Source: a virus (Duplodnaviria > Caudoviricetes). From it: a stretch of DNA of 64,000 bases. This document shows, in pieces, positions 17,537 to 26,738 of the stretch. Each line of letters begins with the position of its first letter. Positions within the stretch are counted from its first letter, which is position 1. The stretch is from the IMG/VR virus record IMGVR_UViG_3300033070_001154, positions 1 through 64,000 of that record, one strand, 5' to 3'. The position numbers were made by a program, and so were the translations under genes. The notes beneath the pieces were generated by a model. It made no database searches, was not told the origin of the DNA, and saw nothing but the letters and a program-made list of their open reading frames with translations.

Positions 17537-18688
17537 GTGACAGACCTACCGACGTTCAAGGACCTCCGCAGGATCGGACAGACCGAGGCTCTGGTCCGCA
17601 ACCCTCGACTGTCCCTGGATGAGCTCAACCGGGTCGGCTCGGACCTGGACAACATCATCTCCGCAGGGGCCGCCATGGCCGACGAGGTGGTGGGACAGCT
17701 CGCTTCCCTCCGGGCTGACCTGTTCGTAGGGACAGCACGGGGAGCAGCTCTGGATCGGCTGATCACGGATCGCTACCCGGACCTGCTGAGGAAGCAGGCT
17801 GCACCCTCCTTCGGGTATGAGACCTTCTACTTCGGCCCTGCTGTGGTCTCTGCCTTCACCATCCCGGAGGGTGTGGTGCTCTCCACGGCGGACGGTGTCC
17901 AGTTCATCACTGCCACGTCCACCAGCGTTCCCATCGGGACTACCAGCATACAGGTGCCCATCCGGTCGGTTCTGGCCGGAGCGAGCCAGAAGGCCACGGC
18001 GGGGAAGATCGTCAACCTGACGACCACCATCTCCGGGGCACCTGCTGCCGGGATGACTGTGAGCAATGTCTCGGCCACCTTCGGAGGCGAGGATCGGGAG
18101 ACGGACCTGGACTACGCGGTCCGGTATCGCCTTCACTACCTGGCAGCCCGGAGGGCGACTCTCGGGGCCATCGAGCAGGCGCTGCTCTCCGTGGCTGGGA
18201 TCGTCAAGGTCACCGTCTTCGAGAACCTCGATACCCTGGGACGGCCCATCGGGTACATCCAGGCTGTGGTCGCGGACAGCTACACCGAGCAGTTCGTCAC
18301 GTCCTCGTCGGTCCCTGCGACCTATGCCTCCCAGCTGGCCAACCTCAGGACCCAGCTGGACCAGCTCCTCCGGGAGTGGAGGGCTGCCGGTGTAGGGGTC
18401 GTGGTGGTCTTCGCACAGGTGGTGATCCAGCCCATCCGGCTGTCACTATCGTATGTGGCAGGGGCCGATGAAGATGCGGTCAGGGCGCTGGTGATCACGT
18501 CCCTGGTGCAGATGGTGAACAATCTCCAGCCGGGAGCGATCCTGACCACGGACTCCATCCGTGACGTGCTCCGGAGGACCTCAGGAATCTACTACACCGG
18601 GGGCGAGATCCTCTCGCCCATCGGCAACGTGGTCCCGCTGCCTGGGCAGGTGCTCAGGACATCCCCCACCTTCACCACCACGGTCTGA
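17537..18688 (+). CDS. Baseplate J-like protein
   Basis: ARGAALDRL, FGGEDRETDLDYAVRY and ATLGAIEQALLSVAGIV are Baseplate_J motifs. Confidence 0.85.
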   Translation: MTDLPTFKDLRRIGQTEALVRNPRLSLDELNRVGSDLDNIISAGAAMADEVVGQLASLRADLFVGTARGAALDRLITDRYPDLLRKQAAPSFGYETFYFGPAVVSAFTIPEGVVLSTADGVQFITATSTSVPIGTTSIQVPIRSVLAGASQKATAGKIVNLTTTISGAPAAGMTVSNVSATFGGEDRETDLDYAVRYRLHYLAARRATLGAIEQALLSVAGIVKVTVFENLDTLGRPIGYIQAVVADSYTEQFVTSSSVPATYASQLANLRTQLDQLLREWRAAGVGVVVVFAQVVIQPIRLSLSYVAGADEDAVRALVITSLVQMVNNLQPGAILTTDSIRDVLRRTSGIYYTGGEILSPIGNVVPLPGQVLRTSPTFTTTV

Positions 18689-19827
18689 TGACACTCCTCG
18701 ACTCCGGCCTGATGGTCCGTACCGAAGCCGATCTGCTGGCCCTGGCAGACCGTGTCATGGAACCGGACTACCTCAACGGTCTCAAGGCCGGAGAAGGCTA
18801 CGAGCTCATCCGAGCTCTGGCTAAGGAGTTCGCCCGAGCTTCCAGCGCGGTGCGTACCACCGGGGACGGACTCTTCGTGGCCTACGCCAGCGGAGGAGCG
18901 TTCTCTACCGGAGTCGTAGAGTTCTACCGGACCAACACCCTGGGGCCGGCTGTCACCGTGCTCTCCGGGACCATCGTCCAGGCAGATGGCGGCAAGCTCT
19001 TCCGCACCGTACAGGACGCCGTCTTCACCGCTAGCGACCTCGGCCCCCATGTGGTCGCCGTACGATCAGTCTTTCAGGACTTCCAGGCCAATACGGACGG
19101 TGCCACGACCACCCCCGGAGGAATCGACCGCCCGGGAGAGATCAGCACCGTCCGGACGATGATCCAGAGCCCTGCATACGCCGACCCTGGCATCCGGGTC
19201 AGGCAGATGAGCCCAACCGTGGGCGGCAGGGCTCCGATGCTGGACCTTCTGGCCCGGGGCAACAACCTCTCTCGGTATTCCGGAGAAACTGATCTTTCTC
19301 TTTCATACAGAACCAGAAACCTTCCGGACAATCTGACTCCGGGGGCCATGGAGCGGATGGCGGAGAATCTTCTGGGGCCAACCGACTCCCGTTGGGAGTT
19401 CGTGGAGAGCTGGGATACGGATCTTCAGACCGCGTACGACCTGGACGACCCGATGGGGGTGTTCACCTACGACGATCCCAGGCCCAGGTACTTCCCCGCA
19501 CTCGACTGGTATGCAGACGACCGGGAGCAGTGGGGCACGTTCTACCTGGTGGTTGGGAAGATCCAGCCGATGGAGGACTACGGGGGCGGCTACGACGACA
19601 CCGTCTACAGCCTGGACGAACTCATCTCCCCGATCAGCGGTGGCCGGAGGGCTGTGCCGGCCTACGACATGCCGGACAGTGAGACCTTCGGAGAGGGGGC
19701 CGATCTGGGGCTCTGCTACGACGGTAGGGATGTGGCGCAGGACGCGCTGCTGAACAGCGTGTATGAGCAGATGCAGTCGCTTCGAGCGGCGGGCATCGTT
19801 GCTGGACTTCATCAGGAAGGGTACTGA
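18688..19827 (+). CDS. Second baseplate wedge protein (J-like N-terminal half)
   Basis: Segment VEFYR...VTVLSGTIVQADGGKLFRT...VAVRSV resembles the J protein just upstream. Confidence 0.6.
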   Translation: MTLLDSGLMVRTEADLLALADRVMEPDYLNGLKAGEGYELIRALAKEFARASSAVRTTGDGLFVAYASGGAFSTGVVEFYRTNTLGPAVTVLSGTIVQADGGKLFRTVQDAVFTASDLGPHVVAVRSVFQDFQANTDGATTTPGGIDRPGEISTVRTMIQSPAYADPGIRVRQMSPTVGGRAPMLDLLARGNNLSRYSGETDLSLSYRTRNLPDNLTPGAMERMAENLLGPTDSRWEFVESWDTDLQTAYDLDDPMGVFTYDDPRPRYFPALDWYADDREQWGTFYLVVGKIQPMEDYGGGYDDTVYSLDELISPISGGRRAVPAYDMPDSETFGEGADLGLCYDGRDVAQDALLNSVYEQMQSLRAAGIVAGLHQEGY

Positions 19828-19833
19828 AACTCC

Positions 19834-21060
19834 ATGGGCCTCTACGACTTCTTCTCCCGTGTTCTGGTTCCTGTGCGCCAGCGCCCGAGCTCGACGGACC
19901 TGAACAGGCTCCAGGACTACATCGCACAGACGATGCAGTGGGCGAGGAGCGAGGTCTTCGCTGGGGCCTTCAGTGGCGACCCGACGGAGGTGTTCGAGGA
20001 CCAGTCCAGGATGGTCTATCCCGTCCGTGGGTTCTTCGGCGGCAGCTTCTTCACCATGGTCAACGGTGCCTTCACGGTGCAGGTGCGCCCGGGCATCGGA
20101 GCATCCCCGTATGCAGCGCCTGCGAGCGCTACCGACATCGACGGTACCTCAGGCACCGACTGGGAGTCGTCGCTCGGTGCCCCGCTGGTCCTGTCTGCGG
20201 CGGAGAACCTGACGGTCCCTGCTCCGCCGGCAGTGGGCTCCAGCAGGATCGACATCATCGAGGTCAGGGCGGACTACCTGGCGGGCTCCCCTGCCACGGT
20301 CGGGATCTTCAACGCTGCCACCCGGGTGTTCGATCCCACGGTCAAGAACAAGCGACTGCACTGGGACCTGTCAGGCCGCACCGGCTCGGCAGCTCCAGGG
20401 GCAAGCACGGCCCCGATCAGCTACGTCACCGGGGTGGTGGCAGTCGGTACCATCGCGGCGGCCACGGAGCCTGCGACCACGGCTGGGTACGTCAAGATCG
20501 CCAGGATCAACCTGGACTGCTCTGCTGGTGCGGTGGTGGCAGTCACCCAGGACATGATCGCGGACCTGCGCCCGAAGATCTACCCGGGCGGGATGATCCG
20601 TGCCGGAGGGCGGATCACCATCGCCGGTACCGTGGCCGGTATCGCCGCTACGTCTGTCACAGCCCTGGAGCTACCTCCGGGGGTGACGGCGAAGATGACC
20701 TTCGCCAACAACGTCCCGCCTGCTGCTGGGACCAGCTACACCGCGACGGTCTACCTCTTCGGAGGCGACATCCGACCTCGTACCCTCGTAGGCGGGTACC
20801 GCGGGTCCGTGACGATCACCCCGCTGGGGGCGGTTGCGCCACGGACCGTGAACGTGTCTGCCAGCGGAACCGGGGTGGCGACGCCAGCATTGGCCGCCAT
20901 CCTGGCGGGGACGGACGCGAACTACACCACGAACAACCCGGAGGTCTTTGCCGTGGGACAGCCTTACTACAGCTTCTCGTTCGAGGTGCGACACCCTGCC
21001 GCAGCTGCACTGTCCGCCAACGAGGCAGTGTTCTTCCACGTCTCTCTCGGTCAGGGCTGA
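19834..21060 (+). CDS. Tail fibre / baseplate-attached structural protein
   Basis: 408 aa, A/G/T/P-rich; DLNRLQ near the N-terminus and SRIDIIEV, as in fibre-attachment proteins. Confidence 0.55.
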   Translation: MGLYDFFSRVLVPVRQRPSSTDLNRLQDYIAQTMQWARSEVFAGAFSGDPTEVFEDQSRMVYPVRGFFGGSFFTMVNGAFTVQVRPGIGASPYAAPASATDIDGTSGTDWESSLGAPLVLSAAENLTVPAPPAVGSSRIDIIEVRADYLAGSPATVGIFNAATRVFDPTVKNKRLHWDLSGRTGSAAPGASTAPISYVTGVVAVGTIAAATEPATTAGYVKIARINLDCSAGAVVAVTQDMIADLRPKIYPGGMIRAGGRITIAGTVAGIAATSVTALELPPGVTAKMTFANNVPPAAGTSYTATVYLFGGDIRPRTLVGGYRGSVTITPLGAVAPRTVNVSASGTGVATPALAAILAGTDANYTTNNPEVFAVGQPYYSFSFEVRHPAAAALSANEAVFFHVSLGQG

Positions 21061-21085
21061 TAGGGCCGACGAAGGAGGCTGATCC

Positions 21086-22771
21086 ATGGTCCAGGCGCTC
21101 ATCTCCATAAATGCCGTCAATGGGAGCAATCCCCCCAACGGCACCGCTCTGGTCATCAACACCCTGATCGGTCTGGACAACGTCAACACCGGAGGGGAGC
21201 TCACCTACCTCTGGGAGTTCCTGGACCGCCCCGAGGGCTCCGCCGCCGCCTTCTCCAACCCGGCCATCCAGGCGCCAACCTTCACCCCGGACGTGGAGGG
21301 CAGCTACCTCATCAAGCTGACGGTCAACCGTACCCTGGCCACGGAGGCCACCAACACGGTGGTCGCAGCCGTGGCCCAGCGGAGGACCAACCACCGCATC
21401 CCGGCAGCGGGCGAGACCAGGGAGACTTCCACCACCCGTGGATGGGCCCTGGCGGTCAACCGCTTCATGAAGCTGGTGGACATCGGGCTCACCCAGGGGG
21501 GGATGCTCGTCGGAGCAGCCGCCGCTGTCATGACCCGATCCGCCATACTCCGGGTGACGGGGATCTACACCCTCAACGCGGGACTCCCCGAGGAGCGGGT
21601 CATCCCCGAGTTCAGCCTGGCCCTGGCGAGTAGTGCCGTCGATGCCGCGGACGAGCTCTACATCATGGAGTACACCCCCGACGAGCTGACCGCAGCAGCC
21701 ATCGGGGACCTGGTCAGGGCCCGATCCAACGGGCTCTTCGGACCTGCCACTGGCGGTGTCGCTGTCGTGGGCGACCCCGTGTACCTCAGTGATGTCGGAG
21801 CGCCCTCGCTACTGGCCGGTGCCATCCCCAGGAAGATCGGCTACGTCGTCGGCCTGGATGGTCCCGACTGGTACTTCCACTTCATGGGAGCAGCTGGCTC
21901 ATCCGAGCTCACCAACGAGCCCCTGGTGTTCTCCCAGGCACCGACCGGGACGTACCCCAACGGGGTCAACCTCCAGGCCCTCCAGGCCGCCATCCAGATG
22001 AACGCTGCGGTGGATGCCATCAGCCTGAGGCTGATGCGCTTCTCAGCGGCACAGGCCAACCCCATCTTCAGGCTGGCCACCCAGGCAGCGGCGTCGATCT
22101 TCTCCATCAGCGCGCACGGGGACATCACCCTCCACGATCCGGATCTGGACCAGATTCGTATCATCCAGACGACAGGCACCACCGATCTGGCCCTGAACAG
22201 CGAAGCTGAAATCCTGTTCCAGATCCTCGGTACGACCCGCTGGCAGCTCAACAGTACCACCTTCGCACTGGAGGCCGTCGGCGGGAACCGCGCCATCTCC
22301 AACGTCCTCGACCCTGCTGCTGCCCAGGATGTCTCGACCAAGGCGTACACGGACGGCAAGGACTTCACCACCTTCGTCTTCGGCAACACCGACCTGCCCG
22401 CGAGCGCGGATCAATGCGTCCTCGACCCGGGATTCGGGGTGCGTACCGCCAAGACTGTGGCCAGCGCAGCCTGGCCCAGCTTCCGGGTCACCAGGGCCGG
22501 TACCCTCCAGAGGCTGCACGGCTTCGTACGCAACTCCTCCACCGTGGTCGCCACCGACGTGGAAGTCTATGTCGACTCCGGAACAGGCTACGGAGCCACC
22601 GGCATCGTCATCACCTTCTCTGCTGGCGGCGTAGACGAGGCCAAGCGGGACAACACCAACGTCTTCGTGGTGGCTTCCGGGGACAAGGTGCAGCTCCGCA
22701 CCAAGCCCGGTGGCGTCCCCGGCGTCGGCTGCCTGGACCTCATGTGCTCCCTCGAACTCAAGCCGACCTGA
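21086..22771 (+). CDS. Tail fibre / receptor-binding protein with N-terminal PKD-like domain
   Basis: LTYLWEFLDRPEGS...PTFTPDVEGSYLIKLTVN is PKD-like. C-terminal beta-sandwich. Last structural gene. Confidence 0.6.
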   Translation: MVQALISINAVNGSNPPNGTALVINTLIGLDNVNTGGELTYLWEFLDRPEGSAAAFSNPAIQAPTFTPDVEGSYLIKLTVNRTLATEATNTVVAAVAQRRTNHRIPAAGETRETSTTRGWALAVNRFMKLVDIGLTQGGMLVGAAAAVMTRSAILRVTGIYTLNAGLPEERVIPEFSLALASSAVDAADELYIMEYTPDELTAAAIGDLVRARSNGLFGPATGGVAVVGDPVYLSDVGAPSLLAGAIPRKIGYVVGLDGPDWYFHFMGAAGSSELTNEPLVFSQAPTGTYPNGVNLQALQAAIQMNAAVDAISLRLMRFSAAQANPIFRLATQAAASIFSISAHGDITLHDPDLDQIRIIQTTGTTDLALNSEAEILFQILGTTRWQLNSTTFALEAVGGNRAISNVLDPAAAQDVSTKAYTDGKDFTTFVFGNTDLPASADQCVLDPGFGVRTAKTVASAAWPSFRVTRAGTLQRLHGFVRNSSTVVATDVEVYVDSGTGYGATGIVITFSAGGVDEAKRDNTNVFVVASGDKVQLRTKPGGVPGVGCLDLMCSLELKPT

Positions 22772-22833
22772 TTTTCACTACAGGCAGCACGACTTGGCGT
22801 ACGCCCCAGTCTTTGACAGGATCGCCGCACACC

Positions 22834-23184
22834 ATGGCGGCTGAGACCGCGGAGAACCATCGGGGCATGCACGATCACCACTTCAGCTTCGGGGACAGGA
22901 TCCTGGTTCAGATGGCCGCAGGGGGCCTGGTAGGCGCCGTGGCGGACAGACTGCTCACCGTCCTCATAGGAATGATCGCATCCCTGGTCGTGGGCGTCGT
23001 CATGGAGCTGGTCAAGGCGCACTTCCAGAAGCGAGCCAAGGCCCGGGAGCTCGCCAGCCTCGCACCAGCATACCGCCATCCCCAAGCGCAGGTCTCCGGA
23101 GGCTACTGCCAGGTCCATCCCCGAGGCGAGCCTACCGCTTCTGAACCCGAACCGGCCGGATCTCCCACACCTCCACGAACGTAG
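22834..23184 (+). CDS. Membrane protein, holin-like candidate
   Basis: Hydrophobic LVQMAAGGLVGAV..LLTVLIGMIASLVVGVVMELV followed by a basic segment. Start at ATG 22834 or 22867. Confidence 0.45.
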   Translation: MAAETAENHRGMHDHHFSFGDRILVQMAAGGLVGAVADRLLTVLIGMIASLVVGVVMELVKAHFQKRAKARELASLAPAYRHPQAQVSGGYCQVHPRGEPTASEPEPAGSPTPPRT

Positions 23185-23338
23185 CCCCGACCTTCCTGGA
23201 GCTGAACCAGGACACCGACAACTCGCCATCAGATGCCCGCTCCAGATCATCCGGAGCAACGCACTGAGCGAACGGCATGTCCCGCGACTCCCTGATGTCC
23301 AGGAAGGTCACTTCCCCGTAGCCGACGAGCTCGATCAT
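23132..23338 (-). CDS. Hypothetical protein (MIELVG...), paralog of 23335..23544
   Basis: ATGA-coupled start at 23338; shares N- and C-terminal motifs with its neighbour. Confidence 0.6.
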   Translation of the reverse strand: MIELVGYGEVTFLDIRESRDMPFAQCVAPDDLERASDGELSVSWFSSRKVGATFVEVWEIRPVRVQKR

Positions 23339-23544
23339 CGTACTCTCCATGTCTCTATGTAGAACCCGCCGAACCAGCCGTTCCCTGACGTCCCCCTGGT
23401 CTCAAAGCCATCATCGGCCAGAAGGCTCTGTTGAACGACAGACGCCGGGTTGTAGGGACCGTACGGGACCAGGGTCATGAGCTGTTCCGGAGAAACCTGG
23501 AGCAGATAGTAGGCACGCCCCCCAGTACCCTTGAGCTCGATCAT
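23335..23544 (-). CDS. Hypothetical protein (MIELKG...), paralog of 23132..23338
   Basis: ATGA-coupled start at 23544; C-terminal part of track ORF 23335..23871. Confidence 0.6.
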   Translation of the reverse strand: MIELKGTGGRAYYLLQVSPEQLMTLVPYGPYNPASVVQQSLLADDGFETRGTSGNGWFGGFYIETWRVR

Positions 23545-23837
23545 CGGAACTCCCCCAGGGTGACCATGGCCACCACATGATCCGGCCCGAACGCCCCCCA
23601 CCTCGTACAGCTCTCCAGCCAGACGGGCACCATACCGTTCAGAGGCCTGGTGAAGTCTAGGAGAGCGGAGTTGGGCGTACGGAACGTCTTGGTGGTCGCG
23701 TTGTACCCAGCACGCCGCCCGGGGACGCTCGTGGCCAGGACCAGATAACGATCCAGGGGGGAGCCGCTCCTCCGACCCACTGTGTAGATCCTCACCATGG
23801 CCACTTGACCATCTGGGCTGTGATAGAAGTCTTGCAT
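23541..23837 (-). CDS. Hypothetical protein
   Basis: 98-aa ORF coupled to the downstream gene; divergent from the lysis cassette. Confidence 0.5.
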   Translation of the reverse strand: MQDFYHSPDGQVAMVRIYTVGRRSGSPLDRYLVLATSVPGRRAGYNATTKTFRTPNSALLDFTRPLNGMVPVWLESCTRWGAFGPDHVVAMVTLGEFR

Positions 23838-24177
23838 GTTCTCGTCGATCTCCGCCTACGTTGTTGCCCACTTCGGGTACATCTGGCCCGCTCTCTCAGC
23901 CGTTCTGGTGCTGATCATCCGGACTCGTACTCCGGAGGAGTGGGTCGCTCTCGGGGAGAAGCAGCCCCGTCTCCAGGGCATGATCAAGGCCCTCCGCGGC
24001 CTGGGTCTGGACCCGGTCAAGGCTGTCGAGGGTCTGACCCAGATCAAGACCGGCAAGGTCGAGCTCGATCCCCGGGACGGTCAGATCATCGCGCTGCGGG
24101 CCCAGCTGGAGGCGGCTCAGTCGGAGCTGAGGGCCTTGCAGTCGGAGCGGGCTCCGGTGCAGGCTCCCCTCCGATGA
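23836..24177 (+). CDS. N-terminal transmembrane + coiled-coil protein (holin or i-spanin candidate)
   Basis: Hydrophobic residues ~7-28 and a C-terminal coiled coil (IIALRAQLEAAQSELRALQ); first gene of the lysis block. Confidence 0.55.
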   Translation: MFSSISAYVVAHFGYIWPALSAVLVLIIRTRTPEEWVALGEKQPRLQGMIKALRGLGLDPVKAVEGLTQIKTGKVELDPRDGQIIALRAQLEAAQSELRALQSERAPVQAPLR

Positions 24178-24428
24178 AGATCCTGCTCACCGTTCTCCTT
24201 CTCCTCGTCCTCCCCGGCCAGATGGGGTGTCGCCAGCCCAAGAACTGCCCTGGCACCGCGGGTACGGCCCGCTGCACCCAGGAGGGGCTTCCGCAGTGGT
24301 GTGACGAGGGCGAGCGCTGGCGCTCCTGGGCCACGCTTCCCTGCTCGGCCACGGGCGGGAGCTGCGTGATCCGGAACGGCTACGCGACCTGCACCCGGAT
24401 GACGGATGCGGGCGTCTCCCACGACTGA
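24174..24428 (+). CDS. Cys-rich putative lipoprotein (o-spanin candidate)
   Basis: MKILLTVLLLLVLPGQMGC signal peptide, then six more Cys; ATGA overlap with the upstream gene. Confidence 0.55.
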   Translation: MKILLTVLLLLVLPGQMGCRQPKNCPGTAGTARCTQEGLPQWCDEGERWRSWATLPCSATGGSCVIRNGYATCTRMTDAGVSHD

Positions 24429-24459
24429 CCAAGACCCGAAGAGAGGAATCCCCAAAGCT

Positions 24460-25065
24460 ATGCTGACTCACGCACAGGCGATCGTCTTCCGAGACAAGAT
24501 GATCGAGCGGTTCAATGCCCGTGTCTACGACAAGGAGCGCTCGGTCGCGATGTTCGCGGCGGCGGGTGTCCTGGCGGTGGGCGGGATGAATCCCAAGGAC
24601 TTCCTGGAGAGCTTCTCCACGACCATCCCGGACCCGGAGGACCTTACGGTCAGTCCGCTCGGCCCCCGGAGCGCCGTGTACCTGTCCAAGGCTGCCCGGG
24701 AGAACCCGGATCAGCTGGTCATCACCCTCTCCCACGAGCTCCACCACGCCTTCCGGCAGCAGAAGGACTGGCCCGTCAGCACCTGGTTCTACGTCGTCTC
24801 GGACGATGCGCGAGGCGAGGAGGAGGTGCAGGCATACGTGATCGGGGAGTCGATCTCCCGTCGCATCACCGGGCGCATCCGCACCGTGAACTCCGTCCAG
24901 GAGACGCTCGACAAGAGCTACCACCTCGGTCCCGGCGCCAAGAAGTCCGCCAGGGCCATGCTGACCGGCGCCTGGATGAGCCTGGACGAGAACCTCGTCC
25001 CCCCGATGGAGGTGGCCATCTACGCCCACGAGCTGCTGGACAACCTGGGAGTCCCCCAGCTGTGA
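24460..25065 (+). CDS. Zincin-like metallopeptidase
   Basis: LSHELHHAFRQ (HExxH) and downstream RGEEEVQAY (third-ligand Glu). Confidence 0.65.
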   Translation: MLTHAQAIVFRDKMIERFNARVYDKERSVAMFAAAGVLAVGGMNPKDFLESFSTTIPDPEDLTVSPLGPRSAVYLSKAARENPDQLVITLSHELHHAFRQQKDWPVSTWFYVVSDDARGEEEVQAYVIGESISRRITGRIRTVNSVQETLDKSYHLGPGAKKSARAMLTGAWMSLDENLVPPMEVAIYAHELLDNLGVPQL

Positions 25066-25622
25066 GGCGCATCGGCACCTTCCTGGCCCTGCTGGGGATG
25101 GCCGGTTGCAACCCGCCTACCCAGCACGACCCCGTACGCTACGGGATCATCTCGGTCTACGTGGACCCGGAGTGGCTCGACTCCGACGACACCCTGATCA
25201 TGGAGCAGCTGGGCCGGCTCAACGCACTGGGCCCGACCTTCGTCCGTGCTCCCGAGGGCGGACGCTCCGCTTCGCGTGTGGCCGTGCAGGCCTTCGTCTC
25301 CAGGGACTGCTCCCTGGACGCCGCCCACTGGGAGGTGGGCTCGCGTGTGGTGGAGCTGGATCGCACTTGCTTCACCAGCGAGAGCACCTTCCAGCAGGCA
25401 GTCGGCCACGAGGTAGGCCATGCGCTGGGGATGCTGCACGTCTGCATCCACCAGGGCGATGCCGATGTGTGCTCCCCGGTCGGATTCGGCCCCGCCATGA
25501 TGAACCCCCGTATCGGCGGGGAGGAGAGCGGTCCGAGCTTCCACGAGGCATGGGGTGGAGGGCTCGGAGAGGTGGACCCCACTCCCCTCGACCTGGCAGA
25601 GTTCCGGAGGGCGAATCCATGA
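25062..25622 (+). CDS. Lipoprotein metzincin (matrixin-like) metalloprotease
   Basis: Signal peptide with lipobox-like LGMAGC; HEVGHALGMLH (HExxHxxGxxH); Met-turn AMMNP. Confidence 0.75.
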   Translation: MRRIGTFLALLGMAGCNPPTQHDPVRYGIISVYVDPEWLDSDDTLIMEQLGRLNALGPTFVRAPEGGRSASRVAVQAFVSRDCSLDAAHWEVGSRVVELDRTCFTSESTFQQAVGHEVGHALGMLHVCIHQGDADVCSPVGFGPAMMNPRIGGEESGPSFHEAWGGGLGEVDPTPLDLAEFRRANP

Positions 25623-26323
25623 GCGGACTGATCACCGGCATCGTCGACATCCACAACGCCGATGGCGTCTGTGACCTCAAGAAGTTCAAGGAGCTGGACG
25701 GGGGCGTCCTGTTCATCTCCAAGGCCACCGAGGGCGGCGACTTCGTGGACAAGGGCTTCGCCAAGACCATGCCCAGGCTGAAGGCGGAGGGCATCCTCTC
25801 GGGCCTCTACCACTTCGGCAACCGCAAGACGGCTGTGACCAAGCAGGTACAGAACTTCCTGAAGCAGGTGGAGCCCTTCCCTGAGGCCACCCTGATGCTG
25901 GACTGCGAAACCAACGTCAACAAGCGGACCGGGGAGGACAACACCATGTCCTTCGAGCAGGCTGCGGAGTTCTGTGAGCTCGTCCAGAAGGAGACGGGAC
26001 GCTTCCCCCTCTTCTACACCTACGAGTCCATGCTCTTCTCGTACATGGCCAAGGCCTCCCCCGAGACCCGTGCCAAGCTGGGGCGCTCGCCCCTCTTCAT
26101 CGCCAAGTACGGGCCGCCCCCCAAGGCCATGCCGGAGTCGTGGGGAGCCTGGAAGGACTGGAGCCTCTGGCAGTACAGCTCCTCCGTGGAGAACGGCCCC
26201 AGCAACAAGGCCAAGTACCCCCGAGGGTTCAAGAGCTTCGCCCGAACCAGCCAGGACCGATCATGCTTCCGAGGCACCCTGGAGGATCTCCAGCTCTTCT
26301 GGAAGACCTGCGGACTCCCCTGA
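25619..26323 (+). CDS. Endolysin, GH25 muramidase
   Basis: IVDIH, ISKATEG, GLYHFG, LMLDCE and LWQYSS are GH25 motifs. ATG 25619 overlaps the upstream stop. Confidence 0.85.
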   Translation: MSGLITGIVDIHNADGVCDLKKFKELDGGVLFISKATEGGDFVDKGFAKTMPRLKAEGILSGLYHFGNRKTAVTKQVQNFLKQVEPFPEATLMLDCETNVNKRTGEDNTMSFEQAAEFCELVQKETGRFPLFYTYESMLFSYMAKASPETRAKLGRSPLFIAKYGPPPKAMPESWGAWKDWSLWQYSSSVENGPSNKAKYPRGFKSFARTSQDRSCFRGTLEDLQLFWKTCGLP

Positions 26324-26397
26324 CCACGGGGAGCACCCTCCTCGACGTGCTCATCATCGCACTAATCCTGGCCATCCTTGCTTGGGAGGCTTGGTGA
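26320..26397 (+). CDS. Possible 16-25 aa hydrophobic microprotein after the endolysin
   Basis: (L)TTGSTLLDVLIIALILAILAWEAW; start at CTG overlapping the endolysin TGA or at GTG 26347. Confidence 0.3.
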   Translation: MTTGSTLLDVLIIALILAILAWEAW

Positions 26398-26504
26398 CCT
26401 GCCACTCAGGCACCCCCAGCAGTTCGTTGGTGGCAGCGCCCAGTCCTTCCCCCGAGCACGGCTGGCCAGGAGCCGGCTGCCCGTGACAATCAGGATGTCC
26501 CCGG

Positions 26505-26738
26505 TCACAGGTCCGTCTCGACTACCATCTCCGGATCCAGCATCTCCAGTTCACCCCCGAGCCACACCAGCTTGAAGGTGAAGGGGACTTTCGGGACAAC
26601 GTCCGAGCGATGACGGAGGAGGAAGTCCAGGAACCTGTTGGCCTCGTCTCCCCCAGCAGGGATGACCTGGGTACCCGCCGGATGGATGGTCTCAGGTCCC
26701 GTCTGGATCGGAATCGCCAGCCTCAGCTTCTTGCTCAT
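26505..26738 (-). CDS. Hypothetical protein
   Basis: 77 aa; last gene of the leftward arm; ATGA-coupled. Confidence 0.6.
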   Translation of the reverse strand: MSKKLRLAIPIQTGPETIHPAGTQVIPAGGDEANRFLDFLLRHRSDVVPKVPFTFKLVWLGGELEMLDPEMVVETDL

